A stretch of DNA of 64,000 nt from Pseudomonadota bacterium (GTDB taxonomy: Bacteria; Pseudomonadota; Alphaproteobacteria; Rhodobacterales; Rhodobacteraceae), in NCBI GenBank assembly GCA_038524325.1, contig JBCBIS010000001.1:3150-67149 (forward strand), written 5' to 3'. The position numbers and the translations under genes were made by a program. Of this stretch, positions 25,992 through 32,622 are shown piece by piece. The notes under the pieces are model-generated. The model saw only the letters and a list, made by a program, of their open reading frames with translations, had not been told where the DNA came from and did not search any database. Each line of letters begins with the position of its first letter. The first letter of the stretch is position 1.

Positions 25992-26261
25992 TTATCTTTC
26001 CGGCACTTTGATCTCGCGCCCGGGCTCCAGCAGGTCGCGGGCATCCAGCTCGGTATTGGCGTCGGCGATGTGCCAGAACTGGGTCGGGTCGCCGAAGCAT
26101 TGCTCGGCAATCACATCCAGCCGGTCCGAGGGCTGCACCATCACCGGCGCGCCCGGGGTCTGGCCGAGGGGGCGCAGTTTCACCGCCGTCACCTCGCGCC
26201 CCTCGGCATCCTTGGCCGGGACCGTCGGCACCTCGGCATAGCGGCTGTCGCGTGTGAACAT
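25992..26261 (-). CDS. LysM-like tail protein X homologue
   Basis: 89 aa. DRLDVIAEQCFGDPTQFWHIADANTELD resembles the gpX/LysM motif. GGAGG ribosome-binding site. Confidence 0.7.
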   Translation of the reverse strand: MFTRDSRYAEVPTVPAKDAEGREVTAVKLRPLGQTPGAPVMVQPSDRLDVIAEQCFGDPTQFWHIADANTELDARDLLEPGREIKVPER

Positions 26262-26271
26262 CTCGGCCTCC

Positions 26272-26949
26272 TCAGAACGGAATCACGTCGCCTGCGCCCT
26301 CGACCGCGTCGGCGAGATTCAGGATCGATTGCGTGTCCTTCAGGATCTGCATGTATTCGATGGCGCCCGCGCCGATCAGATCGGTCGAGGCCGGGATCAG
26401 CGTGATCACCTCGAGCCCGATGGTCACCTCGGCGCGGATCACCTGGAGGCCGCGGTTGAACAGCGTCTCCTTGATGGAAAAGCTCTTGACCTCGACCGGC
26501 AGCACCCTTGTCGCGCCGCCGACAAAGATCAGACGCGGCAAGCGTTCGGGCGGGACCGAGCGGGTCGCACCGCTGTCGCCACCGCCCAGCAGATCGCCCA
26601 CGGCATCGATCACCGCGCCCAAGAGAGCCGATTGGGCCGACGGTTTGATCATCTTCTCCAGCGCCGCCAGCCGCGGCCCCACCCCGAACAGCTCCGCCGT
26701 GGCCGAGCCCTGGTCGAGATCGTCGGCGGCGTCGAATTTCAGCGTGAGGGTAAAGCTCTCCACCGGGGCGGAATGGGCGTGGAACACCTCGGTCTGGCGC
26801 GCGGGCACGTTGTTGTCATGGCTCTGACGCTGGATCTGGAACTGCCGGTTCAGCTCCTCGGGATTGTATTGGAACAGCACGATATTGGGGATCGGGCCGA
26901 GGAAATCCGAGCCATATTCGATCAACGCGCCGCGGACGAGCTTCTTCAT
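26272..26949 (-). CDS. CIS tube-family protein, probable tube initiator (Afp7 N-domain-like)
   Basis: 225 aa. IVLFQYNPEELNRQF and PRLIFVGGATRVLPVEVKSFSIKETLFN are typical of the contractile-injection tube-initiator family. Confidence 0.65.
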   Translation of the reverse strand: MKKLVRGALIEYGSDFLGPIPNIVLFQYNPEELNRQFQIQRQSHDNNVPARQTEVFHAHSAPVESFTLTLKFDAADDLDQGSATAELFGVGPRLAALEKMIKPSAQSALLGAVIDAVGDLLGGGDSGATRSVPPERLPRLIFVGGATRVLPVEVKSFSIKETLFNRGLQVIRAEVTIGLEVITLIPASTDLIGAGAIEYMQILKDTQSILNLADAVEGAGDVIPF

Positions 26950-27236
26950 GGCGCTTCCTCCCCGCTGGGCACGCGGGCGCGTTCATCGGTCAGGCCGGCG
27001 ACGATCTGCCGGGCGATGGCCTCGCGCAGGGCCGTGACATCGCGCGGATCGGCCATATCGGCGCCGTCCAACCGGATGCGGAACACATCCCCCGTGGGCA
27101 GGGTCGAGACCGGCAGGCGGGCGAGATGGCGGCCCAGTTCCTCGCCCATCCCGTCCAGAGCGGCCTCGGCCACCACGCGGCTGACACCGCGCAGGCGGAT
27201 CGAGAGCTGGTCGAGGCGGATATGGACGGAGGTCAT
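26946..27236 (-). CDS. Hypothetical 96-aa protein, coupled on both sides
   Basis: ATGA overlaps at both ends (27233-27236 and 26946-26949). No motif recognised. Confidence 0.5.
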   Translation of the reverse strand: MTSVHIRLDQLSIRLRGVSRVVAEAALDGMGEELGRHLARLPVSTLPTGDVFRIRLDGADMADPRDVTALREAIARQIVAGLTDERARVPSGEEAP

Positions 27237-29278
27237 GCGCGCAGCTCCTCGATCTCGTCCCAGTACCGTCCGAACACATCACGGCCCGATTGGCGCGACA
27301 GCTTGTCGAGCTCGCGCCGGGCAGCGACCAGCACGTCCTTCATGGTGACTTTCGGCTCCGGCCCCCGCGCGGCAGCCTGCAAAGCCGCGTTCAGGGCGAT
27401 CGAGCGGATATGCCCGCCGGTCATCTGCAATTGCCGTGCGAGGAAACTCAGATCCAGATCGCTCAGATCCACGGCATCTGGGAAGACCCGCGCCCAGATC
27501 TCGCGCCGCTCGGCTGCGCCGGGCACCGGGAACTCGATCACATAGCGCAGGCGTCGGGCGAACGCATCGTCCAGATCCTTGCGCCGGTTGGTGGCCAGGA
27601 TCGCGACGCCCGAGAACCGCTCCATCCGTTGCAAGAGATACCCGGTCTCGACATTGGCAAAGCGGTCATTGGCATCCTTCACCTCGGTGCGTTTGCCGAA
27701 CAGCGCCTCGGCCTCGTCGAAAAACAGGATCAGCCGCATCTTCTCGGCGGTGTCGAAGACCCGCGCGAGGTTCTTTTCGGTCTCGCCGATATACTTGTTG
27801 ATGATCTGGCTGAGATCGATGCGATAAAGTGGCAGGCCGGTGACATTGGCGATCACCTCGGCCCCCATGGTCTTGCCCGTCCCCGGTGGACCGGCAAAGA
27901 GGAGCCCGATGCCGAACGGGCTCCGCTCGCCCCATGCGGCCCTCACCCGGTCAGCCCCGCCGATCGCGGCCATGGCCTCGCGGAACTGATCCGCGACGAC
28001 CGGCGGCAATACGATGTCCTCCGGCCGGTGGCGCGGCGTGATCGGCTCCGCCAGGCCCTGGAAATCGACTGCGCATTCCACCTGGCAGGCCCGGCGCAGC
28101 GCCGCCGCATCCACCGAGATTTTTGCGGCGGCGAAGCCTGCGGTAAGCCGGGCGATCTCCCCCGCCTCCAACCGGAAATCCCGGGCGATCGGGGCAATCT
28201 CGCTCTGAGATGTGACCGCGCTGCCCAGACCGGTCTCGAAATGCCGCAGCCGCTCGGCCAGCGGCGGTGCTGGCAGCGGGATCACCGGGGCGAGACAGGC
28301 GGCCGGCAGGGAGCTCAGCAGATCGCGGTCGGAGACATGGAGGTAGAGCCGCAGGTCGAGGCCCTGCGCATGGGACGCCGCCTCGGCAACACGCCCCATC
28401 TGAGCCGCCGTCGTGACTGGCGCGCGCAGCAGCAGATCCGCATCCGCAAGCCAACACAGCAGCATCGCCTGGCGCAGAGCCGCATCGCCGCCATGCGCGA
28501 GAGCCAGAACCCGGCGCGCGCCCGACCCGGAGAGCCGGGCCAGAAACCCCTCGGCATCGCGCGCGGGCGGGCCTTTGAGCGGGACGATCTCGAACCCATC
28601 CGGTTGCGCGGCAAAGCGCGCCGCGAGCAACGCTTCCCCGGCGGTTGCCAGATCCTCGGTTTGAACGCGGGACAGGCCGAACCGGCCAATTCCCCCGGCC
28701 TCGGCGAAATAGCGCGCGAGCCCCGGGGCCGGCAGCAAAGCCTCCCCCGCACTCACCGGGTCGATCAGCCCCAGGGACAGCAACGGACGGCCCGGATCCG
28801 CCGCTGCCAAGACGGCCAACGGGTCCTCCCACAGCGCCTGCGCCAAGGCGAGCGTCGGATAGGGTTTCGCCGCATCCCCCTGGCAGGCGCTCATCACCGG
28901 CGCCAAGGCCGCGTCGATCTCGCCCGCCAAGGCGAGGCCGAGGACGAATTGCTCGGCCGGGTCCAGCCCTGCACGGCGCGAGAGAGCCTCGAACGCCCCC
29001 TCACGCGGGGCCTCGGCAGCGATCTCCGCACCCAGATAGATGCAGGCCGGGTCCGAGGCGAAGAAGGCCCGGCGCGCCTGATCGTGCCGGGTCAGGTCCA
29101 GGGCTGCCTGGGCGGGATTGGCGAAACCCTCCGCCAGCGTTCTCCGCCAGGCGATCTCGCGGCGTAGGCGCAAGATTGCCTGGCCCACCCACCAGCCCGC
29201 CGCCGGATCCGCGATCTCGATCGACGGGTGCATCCGCTCCGGCCCCGGGCGGGCGCGGGTTTGGGCGAGCGCGCTCAT
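27233..29278 (-). CDS. AAA+ ATPase (Afp15/Pvc15-like eCIS assembly ATPase)
   Basis: 681 aa. Single C-terminal AAA+ module with Walker A GPPGTGKTM and Walker B ILFFDEAEAL. ATGA overlap with the cap gene. Confidence 0.88.
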   Translation of the reverse strand: MSALAQTRARPGPERMHPSIEIADPAAGWWVGQAILRLRREIAWRRTLAEGFANPAQAALDLTRHDQARRAFFASDPACIYLGAEIAAEAPREGAFEALSRRAGLDPAEQFVLGLALAGEIDAALAPVMSACQGDAAKPYPTLALAQALWEDPLAVLAAADPGRPLLSLGLIDPVSAGEALLPAPGLARYFAEAGGIGRFGLSRVQTEDLATAGEALLAARFAAQPDGFEIVPLKGPPARDAEGFLARLSGSGARRVLALAHGGDAALRQAMLLCWLADADLLLRAPVTTAAQMGRVAEAASHAQGLDLRLYLHVSDRDLLSSLPAACLAPVIPLPAPPLAERLRHFETGLGSAVTSQSEIAPIARDFRLEAGEIARLTAGFAAAKISVDAAALRRACQVECAVDFQGLAEPITPRHRPEDIVLPPVVADQFREAMAAIGGADRVRAAWGERSPFGIGLLFAGPPGTGKTMGAEVIANVTGLPLYRIDLSQIINKYIGETEKNLARVFDTAEKMRLILFFDEAEALFGKRTEVKDANDRFANVETGYLLQRMERFSGVAILATNRRKDLDDAFARRLRYVIEFPVPGAAERREIWARVFPDAVDLSDLDLSFLARQLQMTGGHIRSIALNAALQAAARGPEPKVTMKDVLVAARRELDKLSRQSGRDVFGRYWDEIEELRA

Positions 29279-30417
29279 GTCCAGCTCACCTCCGGCGCGT
29301 CCTCGGCCTGCTCGCCGTTGACGCGCAAGAGGATCCGATAGGGACCGGGCGGCAGGGCCTGCTCCTCCGGCAGGGTGACGGTCAGGCTGGTCTGCGCCGC
29401 GGTGCCGGTCGCCTCCAGCAGCCGCTGCACCTGACCGGAGCCATAGAACCCGACGAAGACGCTGTCATCGACCCCGCCCAGCCGGTTGCCGGTGAGCGTC
29501 ACCGGGCCATGCAGGTTCGGACCGTCGGGCAGCAGAGCCCCGGGCGTCGCCGTCGCAACCACCGGACGCAGCCGCCCCAGAGCCGCGTTCGATGACGAAC
29601 GCCGCCCGCTGGGCAGCACCCGCACCACCGTCATCGCCTGAGCCCCCGCCGGGATATCCTGCGCCGGCGGGCTGGGCACCGTCACACTCACCGCCGCGCT
29701 CGAGATATCGGCGGGCGCGACCGGGATACAGATATCGCCGAAACAGACCTCGACCGTGTCGCCGCCCAGGTCTCCGCCGGACAGGGTGATCCGGTCGCCC
29801 AGCACGAAGGAGGCCGGCTCGACCCGGTCGAGCCGCGGGCCCAGGCTGGGGATCACCAGCACCCCCGGATCGGCCGGCGGTCCGACCGAGCGGACCAGTG
29901 GCGCCCCGCCCCCGGCCTCGACCCGGGTCAACATCAGGGGCCGGACATCGAAAGCCGCCGAGAGCCGATAGCGCTCATCGGTGCCCTGCATGACGGTCGA
30001 GAGCAGCTCCAGCGTGCTCTGATCGAAACTGAGTTTCAGCGGTTCGGGATTATCCGCCAGCGCCGGGCTCGCGGGGCGTTGGAAATCGATCTGGCGCAGC
30101 GCCAGCATCCCCTGCCCCAACAGATCCAGCGCGGCCGAGGTGTCGGTCTCGCGCTCGACATCCATCGCCGTCAGCAGGAATTTCAGGCAGAGCCAGATCG
30201 GCGCCTCCTGCCCGCGGTCGAGCGGGATGTTGCGCATCGCCGCGTCGTGCTGCAGCGCATAGCAGAACAGGTTCAGCTTTGGCCCCGGGGCGCCGCTGGT
30301 GGCGGCCAGCTCGGGGCGGCCGACATCCACGGTGGTGGCATCGGTCCGCGCCGTCAGCTGCTGGGCGAGGTGCCGGGCGACCTCTCCAATCGCGTTGCGG
30401 GATTGCAGCAACGGCAT
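29275..30417 (-). CDS. DUF4255 (Afp16/Pvc16-like) tail terminator/cap protein with a C-terminal Ig-like (IPT/TIG-like) extension
   Basis: The N-terminal 150 aa (KLNLFCYALQHDAAMRN...IWLCLKFLLTAMD) fit DUF4255. The C-terminal half has two beta-sandwich-like segments (ITLSGGDLGGDTVEVCFGD; VTLTGNRLGG...YRILLRVNG). Confidence 0.75.
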   Translation of the reverse strand: MPLLQSRNAIGEVARHLAQQLTARTDATTVDVGRPELAATSGAPGPKLNLFCYALQHDAAMRNIPLDRGQEAPIWLCLKFLLTAMDVERETDTSAALDLLGQGMLALRQIDFQRPASPALADNPEPLKLSFDQSTLELLSTVMQGTDERYRLSAAFDVRPLMLTRVEAGGGAPLVRSVGPPADPGVLVIPSLGPRLDRVEPASFVLGDRITLSGGDLGGDTVEVCFGDICIPVAPADISSAAVSVTVPSPPAQDIPAGAQAMTVVRVLPSGRRSSSNAALGRLRPVVATATPGALLPDGPNLHGPVTLTGNRLGGVDDSVFVGFYGSGQVQRLLEATGTAAQTSLTVTLPEEQALPPGPYRILLRVNGEQAEDAPEVSWT

Positions 30418-30420
30418 CGC

Positions 30421-31368
30421 TCAGCGCCCCCGCAGATAGTGGCGCGAGAGGTCGCGGTTGCCGCTCCAGATCCCGCTGTTCGGGCGCGTGGGTGCGGGAG
30501 GTGGCGGCATAAGGCGCGGCGCGGCCTCGACCGGGGCGGGTGGTGCCTCGATATCGACGGTCACCTCGCCAATCGTCACCTCGACCTTCGGCGGCGGAGG
30601 GCTGGGCAAATCGGGCACGCGGATCGCTTCCTCAGCCCCGGGGCGGGGGGAAGGGGGGCGCAGCGGTTGAGATCCGGTCACAGGTCCCGGAGATGTGGTC
30701 AGCCCGCTGATCTGTTCCGGCGGCGATACGGGCCCTTCACTCGCGGGGTGGTCGATGGCTGGCTGAGGAGCAGCCTGCCAGTCCGGTTCCTTGCCGTGTT
30801 CAGATATGTTGGCGCGCGCAATTGCACGGTCGGGAGATGGCTCAGCCCGATCCAGAGGCTGGCGGCTCTCAGGCCGGCTCTGGGGCTCCGCGGGTGTCGA
30901 AGGCTGAGTGGCCGGATCCGAAGGGCGCGGTTCCCTCGGAGATGTCGGCCTCAAGACTGGCTTCGGACGGTCTCGTTCCGGCGCGCTCACCGGTCGGGGC
31001 CGAGGCTCTGCGTGAGGCTTCGCCTGACCCTCAACCCTTGGCGTTGCGGTGGCGTCTCGACGGGTCTCCCCGATCGGGGCCTTCGCCGCAACAAAGCTCG
31101 ATATGGGCCGGGTTGACGCGGTTTGGGCCCGGCCGTCGGCCATCGGGGCCGGAGGGGGTTGCGTTCGCTCCGGCGCGCCTTGCGCCGCCGTCGAGGCTGT
31201 CTGGGCCGGAATTTGCTGTGATGCGACGGATGGGGAGGGATCGCCCATGCCCATGCTCATGCCAGTGCCCGCCTCAGCCGCGTGGCGGATGCGCATCCGC
31301 TGCGTCATGATCCGGGGCCGCACCGGGCCATGGCCGGCGATCTGGCGGATGCGCGAGAGATAGCTCAT
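30421..31368 (-). CDS. Pro/Ala/Ser-rich low-complexity protein; candidate tape-measure/length determinant
   Basis: ATG at 31368 in an ATGA overlap with the upstream gene. Ordered N-terminus MSYLSRIRQIAG and C-terminus KVEVTIGEVTVDIEA flank a long Pro-rich region. It occupies the tape-measure position (after tube and chaperone-like genes). Confidence 0.4.
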   Translation of the reverse strand: MSYLSRIRQIAGHGPVRPRIMTQRMRIRHAAEAGTGMSMGMGDPSPSVASQQIPAQTASTAAQGAPERTQPPPAPMADGRAQTASTRPISSFVAAKAPIGETRRDATATPRVEGQAKPHAEPRPRPVSAPERDRPKPVLRPTSPREPRPSDPATQPSTPAEPQSRPESRQPLDRAEPSPDRAIARANISEHGKEPDWQAAPQPAIDHPASEGPVSPPEQISGLTTSPGPVTGSQPLRPPSPRPGAEEAIRVPDLPSPPPPKVEVTIGEVTVDIEAPPAPVEAAPRLMPPPPAPTRPNSGIWSGNRDLSRHYLRGR

Positions 31369-32093
31369 GCCGCCCAAGCCTCTCGGATCCGGTCGAGATA
31401 ATGCTGTCGCCGGGCGGGCGGCAAGGCGATGATCTCGGCCTCGGACCAGTGATAGGCCATGGCGAGAACGTGGATCTCGTCCATCAGCGCCTGCGCCTCA
31501 CCGGCGAGTTCCGCGACCAACCCGGGTTCCAGCGTATAGGGGTGCAAAATGGGGCCGCCACAGTCCGGACAGCGCGCTTCGAGGATCATGTCGCCCAGAG
31601 GATCGGCATTGGCCAGAGCCTCCTCGGCATCCGGCCGCCAATCGCCCGCGGGCGGGGCGCCATCGAGGAGATGGAGCAGAAGATCATCGCCCGCCGCGGC
31701 CAGATCCACCGGCGATGGCAGGCGGAGGGCGCCGCCACCCGGCAGCGGGGCCCGCACTTCTCGCCAATCCTGCGCCAAAGCCCAGAGATCGAGCGACAGA
31801 TCCAGCCGGGCGCCGCACCCTTCGGCCGGGCAGGTCACCGTCACGTCCCGAGCCGGGCCATGGGTGGCCACCGCAATCGCCATCAGGCCCTGGCGGCGTT
31901 TGGCGTAGGTCCAGGTCTCGACCTCCGCCGCGCCTACCCCGTCGACACAGGCCACCAGCAGGCGGGTGATCGCTGCCTGCAGGGGCACGGCCAGATCGAC
32001 GCCCAGATCGCTGCCCAAGCTGCCGAAGGCGCGGGCGGTCAGCCCCGCCTCGGCCGGGGCATCGGGGGCCGGGGACCAGAGGAGATGCGTCAC
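31365..32093 (-). CDS. Conserved-position hypothetical protein with a four-Cys zinc-ribbon-like motif (tail assembly chaperone position)
   Basis: GTG at 32093 is preceded by GGAGG, 14 nt after the tube stop. CPAEGC ... CPDCGG. C-terminal LAMAYHWSEAEIIALPPARRQHYLDRI. Confidence 0.5.
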   Translation of the reverse strand: MTHLLWSPAPDAPAEAGLTARAFGSLGSDLGVDLAVPLQAAITRLLVACVDGVGAAEVETWTYAKRRQGLMAIAVATHGPARDVTVTCPAEGCGARLDLSLDLWALAQDWREVRAPLPGGGALRLPSPVDLAAAGDDLLLHLLDGAPPAGDWRPDAEEALANADPLGDMILEARCPDCGGPILHPYTLEPGLVAELAGEAQALMDEIHVLAMAYHWSEAEIIALPPARRQHYLDRIREAWAA

Positions 32094-32107
32094 GGCGTGG
32101 CCTCCGC

Positions 32108-32611
32108 TCAGGCGCTCTCGTCCGGCTCGCCGACATCCGGGTCGCGCTGCCACCATTCGATCTCGAGCGTCAGGTTCTCGATCAGCACCCCGTTCTGCCC
32201 GGCATCGAGATCCGACATCGCCTGGTACTTGGACGGCCATGCCTTGTAGATCTTGTAGCTGAGCGCCACCTGGTTGCGCAGGTTCATGACGTTGACGATC
32301 ATGTCCTTCTTGTAGTTGCGCAGGTCGGTGATCGAGCTTCCCTCCTGGCCGTGCACCTGGCTCGCCCACATCTCGAATTCGGGGTCATGGGTGACCCCGC
32401 GCTCCAGCGTGATCGAGTCGTATTTGGTGCGGCCCGGCGATTTGAACTCGAAGGTGTTGCCCCCGCCCGAGCGGTAATTGACCACCTCGGTCGTGCGGCT
32501 GAGCGCGCCCATTTTCGAGACCCCCAGGACCAGCCGATTGTCGACATAGACCTGGAACTTGAAGTTCTTATAGGGGTCGAAGCGATGCGCGTTGACGTTG
32601 AATTGAGGCAT
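32108..32611 (-). CDS. Tail tube protein (T4 gp19 / Afp1-like)
   Basis: ORF trimmed to the ATG at 32611 (GGGAGA ribosome-binding site). MPQFNVNAHRFDPYKNFKFQVYVDNRLVLGVSKMGALSRTTEVVNYRSGG is the classic gp19-family N-terminus. 167 aa. Confidence 0.92.
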   Translation of the reverse strand: MPQFNVNAHRFDPYKNFKFQVYVDNRLVLGVSKMGALSRTTEVVNYRSGGGNTFEFKSPGRTKYDSITLERGVTHDPEFEMWASQVHGQEGSSITDLRNYKKDMIVNVMNLRNQVALSYKIYKAWPSKYQAMSDLDAGQNGVLIENLTLEIEWWQRDPDVGEPDESA

Positions 32612-32622
32612 CTGGATCTCCC

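Noticed and set aside
31355-31385. Programmed -1 frameshift between the chaperone-position gene and the Pro-rich gene, as in P2 E/E' or lambda G/GT.
   Set aside because: No slippery XXXYYYZ heptamer occurs near the junction (GAGGCTTGGGCGGCATGAGC). A simple ATGA stop/start overlap explains the arrangement.
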